Shown here one piece after another: positions 9,401-16,877 of a stretch of DNA of 55,712 bases. Position numbers and translations under genes: made by a program. Within the stretch, counting starts at the first letter, position 1. Every line of letters begins with the position of its first letter. This DNA comes from an uncultured Oscillospiraceae bacterium (lineage in GTDB: Bacteria > Bacillota > Clostridia > UMGS1883), in contig CAZICW010000001.1 in the NCBI GenBank assembly GCA_964537995.1, positions 1-55,712 of the forward strand, given 5' to 3'. The notes beneath the pieces were generated by a model, which saw only the letters and a program-made list of their open reading frames with translations, had not been told where the DNA came from and did not search any database.

Positions 9401-9838
9401 GAGCAGCGCGCGCGGAATTTCTCCCGCAAGACAGGCGGAAAGCGCAATAAGTCCGCCCTTGTATTTGCTCAGTATGCTGCGGTCAACGCGAGGCTTATAG
9501 TAAAAGCCGTCGATCCAGCCGGCGGAAACTATCTGTATAAGATTATTATAGCCCTCCTCATTTTTACACAGCAGCACAAGGTGATTTATTCCGTTGCCCT
9601 CGCGGCCGCGTTTATCGTACATATCGCGCGCCGTATAAATTTCGCAGCCGATTATCGGCTTTATTCCCTCCGCCTTGCACGCCTTGTAAAAATCCACCGC
9701 GCCGTACATGACGCCGTGGTCGGTAAGCGCTATGGCGGTCTGTCCCATCTCCTTCGCCTTTTTCGCCAGCTCGCTTATGCGGCACATACCGTCAAGCAAA
9801 CTGTATTCGCTGTGGACGTGCAGATGTGTAAAAGCCAT
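6404..9838 (-). CDS. dnaE: DNA polymerase III alpha subunit (DnaE type)
   Basis: 1144 aa counted from ATG 9838, which has an AAAGGAG RBS 8 nt upstream. The ORF-track GTG at 9847 abuts the RBS. The PHP domain 'FTHLHVHSEYSLLDG' and polymerase core motifs such as 'MPDFDVDF' are present. Confidence 0.95.
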   Translation of the reverse strand: MAFTHLHVHSEYSLLDGMCRISELAKKAKEMGQTAIALTDHGVMYGAVDFYKACKAEGIKPIIGCEIYTARDMYDKRGREGNGINHLVLLCKNEEGYNNLIQIVSAGWIDGFYYKPRVDRSILSKYKGGLIALSACLAGEIPRALLSGNEDAARETVKYFKETFDEFYIELQDHGIDDQKRLNPLLLKLAKDTDTPIVVTNDSHYIEKTDAKNQDVLLCIQTGKRLDEPGRMRFATEEFYLKSEDEMRAVFPNLPEAFENTSKIADKCNFEFKFGERHLPEYDVPDGYTAKEYLRMLAEKGLKERYGEKAEQYRERMEYELGVIESMGFVDYYLIVWDFINYAKRHGIPVGPGRGSGAGSIVAYILRITDVEPMKYNLIFERFLNPERVSMPDFDVDFCPQRRGEVIDYVIKKYKPENVSQIGTFGTMKARGAIRDCGRVLGVPYSEVDIISKMVPMKPAMTLELAMRENPKLKAAYDENPTVKTIIDTAISIEGLPRNIGTHAAGVVIAGQPVSTYVPLQRSDNIISTQYTKDTVEELGLLKIDFLGLRNLTIIDDCLKILRSQGTDIKLDEIDYDVPEVYEMISEGDCDGVFQLESTGMRSFMRRLEPRNLEDIIAGIALYRPGPMDFIPTYIEAKADPKKIKYKHPSLEPILNMTYGCIVYQEQVMQIVQKLAGFSMGGADEVRRAMSKKKAKEMEKARNIFIYGELNDDGSVRVPGCIRNGIDEKTAISIYDDMDAFAKYAFNKSHSVCYAVVAYQTAYLKCLYPEAFMAALITSVMGENDKVAAYINNCTQKGIKILPPDINKSDSGFTIEGKAIRFGLTTIKNVGENFVNACVEERRKNGEFVSLRDFAARMAGGELNKRGVEGLIKSGAFDCLPGTRWQKLAIYEQTLSSASRNAKDNIAGQLSFFSMNEEENLADDFPEIPEKSNRALLDMEREATGIYISGHPLDEYREAINSLGLPEISRVLAAGSEDYSEISDGDTVTVVGLVSSLKEKITKNNTVMAFMELEDFTAGIEVIVFPKLYSSFGEIIRENNIVRLTGRVDVKDEEAPKLIMETAVPFSAKPVKNKGTLEITLNDEELPLLDRLRGIIFKYKGDTPIVVNCRYGGIPVSPKCNCSPSGELISAINSAVGRECAAVK

Positions 9839-9887
9839 TAAATTCACTCCTTTGACTTATAAAATTATATCCCGCTGTTATATCATA

Positions 9888-9916
9888 ACTGTAGCACGGC
9901 AGAATACATTTGTCAA
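9888..9916 (-). promoter_or_regulatory. Candidate sigma-A promoter for dnaE
   Basis: On the minus strand: TTGACA (9916-9911), 17-nt spacer, TACAGT (9893-9888). Confidence 0.35.
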
Positions 9917-10350
9917 CATTTTTTAATTTTGTCGAAAGACATATTTTCAATACAATTGGCGTACAATGCTTAGAAGCGAAAATTTAAGTCAATTCCAAAT
10001 TTTTTGCAAATTATGTACAAGGTTTCCGACAGGTACGGCATACCATTGACGATGGCAGGTTTTCGGACGCCGGATAACGTAATCTGTCTCACGCGGCAGC
10101 AACAGAGGATATTTCGGAGCCGGCGCAATATAACATTGACAAAGTACGGGAAATCGCGGAAAAGATTATCGACTTGCGCAAGGAGCCGCTTTGCTTTGAG
10201 ACAATACTGCAGCGGCTGCGCTTTTTGGTCAAGCGTCCGAAGCCGCAATACGGTCGATGCGCTCCGTAAAGCTCGCTTGAAGCGGTATTATGCCCGCAGC
10301 GCGAAGTCTCGGCAAGCCGGACGAATGACCGAGTGTTTTTTCATTTTTCG

Positions 10351-10380
10351 GAATATTTTTCTCCGCCTTAAAATATAATT
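10351..10380 (+). promoter_or_regulatory. Candidate mother-cell (sigma-E-like) promoter for spoIVA
   Basis: GAATATT (10351-10357) and AATATAAT (10372-10379) loosely fit the ATA...CATACA-T sigma-E pattern. No TTGACA-type -35 is present. This is a weak call. Confidence 0.25.
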
Positions 10381-10411
10381 AAACTGTATCAAGCTACGAG
10401 GAGGAAATTCA

Positions 10412-11884
10412 ATGAACAGCATATACGGCGATATTGCCAAGCGAACCAAGGGCGACATATATATAGGCGTTGTGGGACCTGTGCGCACCGGGAAGTCCAC
10501 CTTCATAAAAAAATTCATGGACACGATTGTGCTTCCGAACATAAGCGACGAATACCGGCGCGCAAGGGCGCAGGATGAGCTTCCGCAAAGCGCCGCCGGA
10601 CGCACAATCATGACTACCGAGCCGAAGTTTATTCCCAACGAAGCGGTCAGCATAAGCTTTGACGGAAATACCTCCTTCCGTGTCCGCCTTATCGACTGCG
10701 TCGGATACATTGTCAGCTCCGCCATGGGTCACACCGAGGACGACCGTCCGCGCATGGTAAGTACGCCGTGGTTCGAGGATGACATTGAATTTGACAAGGC
10801 AGCCGAAATCGGAACACGCAAGGTCATTTGCGAGCACAGCACCATAGGCATTGTCATGACGACAGACGGCAGCATCTGCGACATTCCCCGCGGCGACTAC
10901 ACAGCCGCTGAGGAAAGAGTTGTCTCCGAGCTGAAGGAAATCGACAAGCCCTTCATTATAGTTCTTAATTCCGCGCATCCGTCCGACCCGCAAACGGAAA
11001 AGCTCCGCGCCGAGCTGGAGGAAAAATACGAAACGCCGGTCGCGGCGGTATCCTGCGTTGAGCTTACATCTCGCGACATTGAGGAAATCATAAAGGCGGT
11101 GCTTTACGAATTTCCGCTCAACGAAATAAGCATAAATCTTCCGAAGTGGATCGACGCTCTGCCGATGGAGCATTATCTTAAGGCGTCGCTTTTTGCGTCG
11201 GTCAGGGACGGTCTTTTGCCGCTCGGCAAAATAAGTCAACTGAAAGACGCCGCAGCCGCGCTTTGCGGCAACGAATATATAAAATCCGCCGTCATTGAAA
11301 AAATTTCTCCCGACTGCGGAAACGCCGTCATAGCCATAAGCGCAAACGATGACCTGTTCTATAGGGTTATAAGCGAAACCACGGGGGTAAAGCTGAATGA
11401 CGACGAGGATTTAATTGACTTTATAACCGAAACGGCAAAAATTCAGAAAAGGTACGGTAAGCTGGAGTATGCCCTGCATGAGGTCGAACAGACAGGTTAC
11501 GGCATAGTTTTTCCGTCGGTTGAGGAGCTTACGCTGAAGGAACCGGAAATCATGAAGCAAGGCGGTCGCTTCGGCGTGCGCCTTAAAGCGAGCGCTCCGA
11601 GCATACATCTTATCAAGGCTCAAATCGAGACGGAAATAAATCCCATCGTAGGCAGCGAAAAGCAAAGCGAGGAGCTTGTGAGCTACCTGCTTTCAGAATT
11701 TGAGAACGATCCCGTGAAAATTTGGGAAAGCAACATTTTCGGAAAATCTCTCCACGACCTTGTCAACGAAGGACTGAACGCGAAGCTGAACAAAATGCCG
11801 AATGACGCAAGATACAAGCTTCGGGAAACCCTTGAAAAGATTATTAACGACGGAAGCGGCGGCTTAATCTGCATAATTCTGTAA
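10412..11884 (+). CDS. spoIVA: Stage IV sporulation protein A (spore-coat basement-layer ATPase)
   Basis: 490 aa with a GAGGAGG RBS. 'IYIGVVGPVRTGKSTFIKKFM' contains the Walker A motif, and the protein is colinear with SpoIVA through to the C-terminal 'GGLICIIL'. Confidence 0.93.
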   Translation: MNSIYGDIAKRTKGDIYIGVVGPVRTGKSTFIKKFMDTIVLPNISDEYRRARAQDELPQSAAGRTIMTTEPKFIPNEAVSISFDGNTSFRVRLIDCVGYIVSSAMGHTEDDRPRMVSTPWFEDDIEFDKAAEIGTRKVICEHSTIGIVMTTDGSICDIPRGDYTAAEERVVSELKEIDKPFIIVLNSAHPSDPQTEKLRAELEEKYETPVAAVSCVELTSRDIEEIIKAVLYEFPLNEISINLPKWIDALPMEHYLKASLFASVRDGLLPLGKISQLKDAAAALCGNEYIKSAVIEKISPDCGNAVIAISANDDLFYRVISETTGVKLNDDEDLIDFITETAKIQKRYGKLEYALHEVEQTGYGIVFPSVEELTLKEPEIMKQGGRFGVRLKASAPSIHLIKAQIETEINPIVGSEKQSEELVSYLLSEFENDPVKIWESNIFGKSLHDLVNEGLNAKLNKMPNDARYKLRETLEKIINDGSGGLICIIL

Positions 11885-11911
11885 CGGACGCCGCGAAAAG
11901 CTATTCGGCGG

Positions 11912-12550
11912 CTATTTTATTTCCTCCATATCGGCATCATAGATTGCGAGGCGTTCATATTCGCAGTCGCCGCTGTCATAGCCGCCGATATATTTATTCA
12001 TAGCCCTGACGACAACGTCCGGCTTGAGATTTTTTTCGCTGCCGGCGCTGAGAACCATATCCATACACTCCCCGACAGGACGAATTTCCGCAATATCCTC
12101 GCGAATGTCGGTATCCTTAATTCCGCTCTTCGTCTTTTTGTCAATCACAATTTCCTTCATTTCCATAAATTTCACGACGGACGGAGGCATATGCTCCGGC
12201 GTTACGCGATAGAGTGCGTAGCGCAGTTTTTTCATGCGGCTTTTTCCCGTATGCACGCTGAGGATTTTTATTCCGAGCGGAAGCGCGGCATTGAGCCGCT
12301 GTTTTATTTCATCGGCGGGAAGCTCCTCCGTCAAGCGAAATTCCAAAAGCTCACAGCGGCTTGTGCAGCCGACGGGAAGCGGCAGCGCAAAGCTCAACAG
12401 AGGATGCGGATTAAAGCCCTCCGAAAAGGCGACCGGCAGCTTCGCGCGGCGCATGGCACGGTTATAGGCGCGCACAAAATCAAGGTGTGAGATATATTTT
12501 GCGTTGTCGGTTTTTTCATAAACAAGATAGTAATCGTAACAGTCGTTCAT
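11912..12550 (-). CDS. TIGR03936-family radical-SAM-associated protein (DUF2344)
   Basis: 212 aa. 'KYISHLDFVRAYNRAMRRAKLPVAFSEGFNPHP' is the characteristic N-terminus. Its ATG directly abuts the stop of the upstream radical-SAM gene (TAGATG). Confidence 0.8.
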   Translation of the reverse strand: MNDCYDYYLVYEKTDNAKYISHLDFVRAYNRAMRRAKLPVAFSEGFNPHPLLSFALPLPVGCTSRCELLEFRLTEELPADEIKQRLNAALPLGIKILSVHTGKSRMKKLRYALYRVTPEHMPPSVVKFMEMKEIVIDKKTKSGIKDTDIREDIAEIRPVGECMDMVLSAGSEKNLKPDVVVRAMNKYIGGYDSGDCEYERLAIYDADMEEIK

Positions 12551-14440
12551 CTATTCCCCGCGACTCCTTTTCATAAACTCAAGGCTGTTTTTTTCCTTAT
12601 AGACGCTGCATTTGCCGTCCGCGCAGAGCCTGTTTGCGCCGCAGCCGCTGCATTTCAGGCGGCAGTGCGGAGTTGTGACGGCCTGCTTTGCCTTTTCGTT
12701 TTCACGCATAAGGAAATCCTTTGTTACGCCCACGTCAACAAAATCCCACGGGAAAAGCTCGTCAAGGCTGCGCTCACGAGTGTAAAAGTCCATGCTAATA
12801 CCGCAGTCGTCAAAGGCGCGCCGCCACTTATTCATATCAAAACATTCATTCCAGCTGTCAAGCTTACAGCCCAGCTCAAAGGCGCGGATAAGCACTTCGT
12901 TAAGCCTTCTGTCACCGCGGGCAAACACTCCCTCAAGAACGCTTACATCGCTTTGATGGTAGCTGTATTTGATGTGTCTGTTATGGATTTCGTCCTTAAG
13001 GAAAAGCTGTTTACGCCGCAGCGTCGGTATGCTGTTTTGCTCCGCCCACTGAAACGGAGTAAACGGCTTCGGCACAAAGCCCGCGACGCTTATATTCACC
13101 GACGGGGCGCGCTTTTTATTGGTTTTTGGGGAAGAATAATAACATTCGACAACCTTTTCCGAAAGCCGCGCTATTCCCGCAATGTCCTCATCGGTTTCAT
13201 AAGGCAGCCCTATCATGAAATACAGCTTTACGGTTATCCAGCCGCCGTCAAAGGCAAGGCTTACGCTGCGCATCAAATCCTCTTCGCGCACATTTTTATT
13301 TATGACGTCGCGCATACGCTGACTTCCCGCTTCGGGAGCAAAGGTCAATCCGCTCTTGCGCACCTTGCCGGCGCGTTCCATAAGTCCGAGGCTGAAATTA
13401 TCCACTCTCAGCGATGGCAAAGAAAGTCCTACCTTTTCTTTTTCGGTAAGCTCCAAAAGCCTGTCCGCAAGCTCCTCAAAGCAGGTGTAATCGCTTGTGG
13501 AAAGGCTGGAAAGGCTCATTTCCTCATAGCCCGTGGAGGCAAGCAGCCTTTTTGCGTCGTCCACAAGACGGTCGGGCGATTTTTCGCGCACGGGGCGGTA
13601 TATCATGCCTGCCTGACAGAAACGGCAGCCGCGTATGCATCCGCGGAAAACCTCAAGACTTACACGGTCATGGATAATATCCATAAACGGAACAATGAAT
13701 TTTTCCGGAAAAACGACGCTGTCCAGATCCTCTATTATGCGTTTACGCACTCTCGGCTTCGCTTCGGGGCAGTTCGGCGTCATGGATTTAAGTGTTCCGT
13801 CGTCGTTATATTCCACATCGTAAAGGCAGGGAACGTAAATCCCCTCGATTTTTGCGATTTTTTTCAGATAATCAATACGCTTCCCGCCCTCCGCTTTCCA
13901 TTCGTTATAGGCGTCCATAAGCTCATTTATGACTTCCTCTCCCTCGCCCATGGTAAAAAAATCAAATATTTCCGCAAGCGGCTCGGGATTGTAGGCGCAA
14001 GGGCCTCCGGCGTTGACAAAGGGGTCGTCCTCTCCCCTTTCGCGGGATCGCAAAGGTATGCCCGCCATATCAAGCATATTCAAAATGTTTGTATAGCTCA
14101 TTTCATATTGAAGAGTCACGCCGACAAAATCAAATTCTCCGACGGGCGTTCTTGTTTCAATTGAAAACAGCGGCACATTTTCCCGCCGCATTTCCTCCTC
14201 CATATCAATCCACGGAGCAAAAACTCTTTCGCAATACACATCGGGACGAAGATTGAGACAGTGGTAAAGTATCTTTATGCCGAGGTGGCTCATGCCGACC
14301 TCGTAGGTGTCGGGAAAAGCAAAGGCATATCGAATTTTTACGCTGTCGGGATTTTTTATCACGGAATTAAGCTCGCCGCCGCTGTAGCGCGTGGGCTTCT
14401 GAACCCGTTTCAAAATGCGGTCTATGTTTACCGTACTCAT
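12551..14440 (-). CDS. TIGR03960-family B12-binding-domain radical SAM protein
   Basis: 629 aa counted from ATG 14440, which has an AAAGGA RBS. The ORF-track start at 14527 adds an Arg-rich extension with no RBS. The N-terminus 'RILKRVQKPTRYSGGELN' and the CxxxCxxC cluster motif 'CIRGCRFC' are present. Confidence 0.85.
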   Translation of the reverse strand: MSTVNIDRILKRVQKPTRYSGGELNSVIKNPDSVKIRYAFAFPDTYEVGMSHLGIKILYHCLNLRPDVYCERVFAPWIDMEEEMRRENVPLFSIETRTPVGEFDFVGVTLQYEMSYTNILNMLDMAGIPLRSRERGEDDPFVNAGGPCAYNPEPLAEIFDFFTMGEGEEVINELMDAYNEWKAEGGKRIDYLKKIAKIEGIYVPCLYDVEYNDDGTLKSMTPNCPEAKPRVRKRIIEDLDSVVFPEKFIVPFMDIIHDRVSLEVFRGCIRGCRFCQAGMIYRPVREKSPDRLVDDAKRLLASTGYEEMSLSSLSTSDYTCFEELADRLLELTEKEKVGLSLPSLRVDNFSLGLMERAGKVRKSGLTFAPEAGSQRMRDVINKNVREEDLMRSVSLAFDGGWITVKLYFMIGLPYETDEDIAGIARLSEKVVECYYSSPKTNKKRAPSVNISVAGFVPKPFTPFQWAEQNSIPTLRRKQLFLKDEIHNRHIKYSYHQSDVSVLEGVFARGDRRLNEVLIRAFELGCKLDSWNECFDMNKWRRAFDDCGISMDFYTRERSLDELFPWDFVDVGVTKDFLMRENEKAKQAVTTPHCRLKCSGCGANRLCADGKCSVYKEKNSLEFMKRSRGE

Positions 14441-14585
14441 GTCATAAATCCTTTCTTTTTTCGCGGAACAAACGTTGCGACGCCGTCGTCCGCTCAAGCG
14501 CCTCCGCAGAAGATTATACTCCCGCAAAAACGGCGAACGGCGCCCGCCGCCTTAGAAGGGGACGTCTGCGCTTAGGTTATATATT

Positions 14586-14614
14586 ATTATAATACAAAGG
14601 AAATTTTTCGTCAA
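14586..14614 (-). promoter_or_regulatory. Consensus sigma-A promoter for the radical-SAM pair
   Basis: On the minus strand: TTGACG (14614-14609), 17-nt spacer, TATAAT (14591-14586). This leaves a leader of about 140 nt. Confidence 0.55.
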
Positions 14615-14640
14615 GCTTTATCGGTGTGTTTTTTGCAAAA

Positions 14641-15186
14641 TCAATACAGGTTCTGCAAAAAATCCGCCGCTCGTTTTATTTTTCTGTACTGCGCCGAGGC
14701 GGCGTAGCGGCCGTGAAGGAGCATAATTATTACCGCTCCGACGGGGACAATGCCGTTTATGAAGCAAAGCATCACCGTATACAGCAAAGCGTAGCCTCCG
14801 ATTTCGAGGGCGACGCGCTCTCCGACGAGCGCGGAAAGAATTCTTCCTCCGTCAAGCGGCAGCACCGGAATCAGGTTGAACAGCAAAATCCACAGCGTCT
14901 GCGGCGAAAGCACCGGTATAAGCAGCAAGCTGACAAAGGGTCCCGCCGCGTAAACGAAAATTTTCGCCGCGCGTCCGCTTATTTCTCCTACATACAGCGA
15001 CCAACCGAACGGCGTCAGCGAAAAAACCGGATTTCTTTTCCCGATAATAAATGCCGCAAGCCCGTGTCCAAGCTCATGCAGCAGAGCTGACAGCAGGAGC
15101 TTGACAAAATTTTTGTTCCAAATAAAAAAGGCGATCGGAATAATCGCCGCCGGACTCAGCTTTAATTTCAAACGGGCAGCACACAC
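14641..15186 (-). CDS. Minimal site-2 protease (peptidase M50) family intramembrane metalloprotease
   Basis: 181 aa and polytopic. The zinc motif 'HELGH' and the second S2P motif 'NLIPVLPLDGGR' are present. No PDZ or CBS domain is visible. The start is GTG 15186 or TTG 15171. Confidence 0.8.
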   Translation of the reverse strand: MCAARLKLKLSPAAIIPIAFFIWNKNFVKLLLSALLHELGHGLAAFIIGKRNPVFSLTPFGWSLYVGEISGRAAKIFVYAAGPFVSLLLIPVLSPQTLWILLFNLIPVLPLDGGRILSALVGERVALEIGGYALLYTVMLCFINGIVPVGAVIIMLLHGRYAASAQYRKIKRAADFLQNLY

Positions 15187-15368
15187 CTTCCGAGAGCCTT
15201 AAGCTCCTTCAGCAGCAAACCGAGATCCACGCTGTAGAACATTTTTTCCTTGATTGCGTCAAAGCCGTCGGGAGTTAAACGGTGAATTACTAAAAACAGC
15301 AAAAGCAAAAAAAGGCAGATTGCCGTTCTGAAAAGAAAATTCATAAATCTGCCCCGCAGGTCGGACAT
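15168..15368 (-). CDS. Small (66-aa) single-pass membrane protein upstream of the M50 protease
   Basis: ATG 15368 follows a strong AAAGGGGG RBS at 8-nt spacing. There is one hydrophobic helix, 'AICLFLLLLFLVI'. The 3' end overlaps the M50 start. Confidence 0.45.
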   Translation of the reverse strand: MSDLRGRFMNFLFRTAICLFLLLLFLVIHRLTPDGFDAIKEKMFYSVDLGLLLKELKALGRCVLPV

Positions 15369-15437
15369 AATGCAAGCCCCCTTTTTAATCGGAAATCCAT
15401 GACTTCCCTCTTCTCTCCAATATATGAATTTTAGGGC

Positions 15438-15466
15438 TTGAAAATTCCGTCGAAGTATAGTAAAAT
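15438..15466 (+). promoter_or_regulatory. Sigma-A-type promoter for the MATE/THUMP genes
   Basis: TTGAAA (15438-15443), 17-nt spacer, TAAAAT (15461-15466). Confidence 0.5.
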
Positions 15467-15487
15467 ATTGTTTCGGAGGATGAGGCT

Positions 15488-16855
15488 ATGTCATTATTCG
15501 GCAAAGAAATTTTCAACAAAAAAACATTTAAAATATATCTTACGATGGTAATTCCGCTGACGCTGCAAAATCTTGTCACAAGCAGCATAAATCTGCTGGA
15601 CAACCTTATGATAGGCGCTTTGGGCGAAACCGAGCTGGCGGGAGTTTCCATGGCTAACAAGGTTTTTTTCGTATACAACCTCATGGTGTTCGGCGTGTGC
15701 AGCGGAGCAATTGTGTTTTTTTCACAATTCTGGGGTAAGCGCGACGAGCGGGGGCTGAAAAATGTTATGAGCGTCGGGCTTACGCTGTGCGTTACGCTTG
15801 CCGTTGTATTTACCGCGGCAGGGCTGCTGTTTCCGCGGCGGCTTATGGCGCTGCTTGCCGGAGCGAATACGGAAATTATAAGCGACGGCGCAAAATATCT
15901 GCGCATATCGGCGCTGAGCTATATGTTTTTCGGTCTGAGCTTCATAATGGGCGCGGGACTGAAATCCGTAGAAAGACCCACTCCTCCGCTTGTCGGAAGC
16001 ATTGTTTCTCTCACGGTGAACGGCTGCCTGAATTATATTCTCATTTTCGGAAAGCTCGGGCTTCCCGCCCTCGGAATCGGAGGAGCGGCAATTGCCACGG
16101 TCACGGCGCGTATTTGCGAATTGATTACGGTGCTTATAGGCGGACGGAGGCATTGGCGGCTGTTCTTCGGAAAGCCGAAAACGGCGTTCGGCTTCCCGAA
16201 GGGCTTCATCAAAGCCTATGCTTCGGCAAGTTTGCCCGTGTTTTTCAACGAATCGCTCTGGGGAATCGGCATAACCGTCTACGGTGCGGTAATGGCGAGA
16301 ATGGGCAGCGGTCCTGCCGCCGCCTACAGCATAGTAAGCACAGTGGAAAATATGCTTTTTTCAATGGTATTCGGGACGGCGACCGCCGCCGGAGTTATAA
16401 CGGGGCGTGAAATCGGCGCCAAAAGACCGGATTCCGCCGTAATGAAAAGCCGGTTTTTCCACACCGTATCGCTGGGGCAGGGGATTGTAATCGCCGCCGT
16501 ATTATTTGCCGCGGCGCCAAAAATTGCGCTTATGTTTGAGCTTACTCCCGAAACGAGGCTGCTCTGTATCCGTATGCTTCGGGTGTGCGCCTGCTTTACG
16601 CTGACAAAATCCTATCAGGTGGTCGCAATAGTGGGAACAATGAGAAGCGCGGGCGACACGGTATTCTGTATGATTTGCGACACCGGCAGCGTATGGCTTA
16701 TCGGTGTTCCCTTGGTCTGCCTTGCGGGGCTTGTGCTGGAGCTGCCGGCTCCCGCCGTACTGGCGGCAAGCTATATTGAAGAGGTCGTTAAATGCGTCGC
16801 CGTAAAGCTTCGGCTTAAAAGCGGAAAATGGATACATGATTTGGTAAACGAATAA
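15488..16855 (+). CDS. MATE-family efflux transporter
   Basis: 455 aa with about 12 hydrophobic segments. The N-terminus 'IFKIYLTMVIPLTLQNLVTSSINLLDNLMIGALGETELAGVSMAN' is typical of MATE/NorM transporters. Confidence 0.9.
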   Translation: MSLFGKEIFNKKTFKIYLTMVIPLTLQNLVTSSINLLDNLMIGALGETELAGVSMANKVFFVYNLMVFGVCSGAIVFFSQFWGKRDERGLKNVMSVGLTLCVTLAVVFTAAGLLFPRRLMALLAGANTEIISDGAKYLRISALSYMFFGLSFIMGAGLKSVERPTPPLVGSIVSLTVNGCLNYILIFGKLGLPALGIGGAAIATVTARICELITVLIGGRRHWRLFFGKPKTAFGFPKGFIKAYASASLPVFFNESLWGIGITVYGAVMARMGSGPAAAYSIVSTVENMLFSMVFGTATAAGVITGREIGAKRPDSAVMKSRFFHTVSLGQGIVIAAVLFAAAPKIALMFELTPETRLLCIRMLRVCACFTLTKSYQVVAIVGTMRSAGDTVFCMICDTGSVWLIGVPLVCLAGLVLELPAPAVLAASYIEEVVKCVAVKLRLKSGKWIHDLVNE

Positions 16856-16877
16856 AGAGGAAAGGGCTGAACGGTTA

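Noticed and set aside
9970-10378. ORF-track ORFs of 92 aa (minus strand) and 124 aa (plus strand) in the dnaE/spoIVA spacer
   Set aside because: Neither has an RBS, and both give Arg/Cys-rich products of implausible composition. The region is kept as a low-interest finding rather than as genes.
12665-14164. 499-aa plus-strand ORF
   Set aside because: It is entirely antisense to the radical-SAM gene, whose product has clear family motifs. The translation is Lys/Phe/Arg-rich with no motif and no RBS. This is a typical stop-poor antisense frame of a codon-biased gene.
14441-14527. N-terminal extension of the radical-SAM ORF
   Set aside because: The extension ('MREYNLLRRRLSGRRRRNVCSAKKE...') has no RBS and is not family-like. 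ATG 14440 has an RBS and gives the canonical N-terminus.
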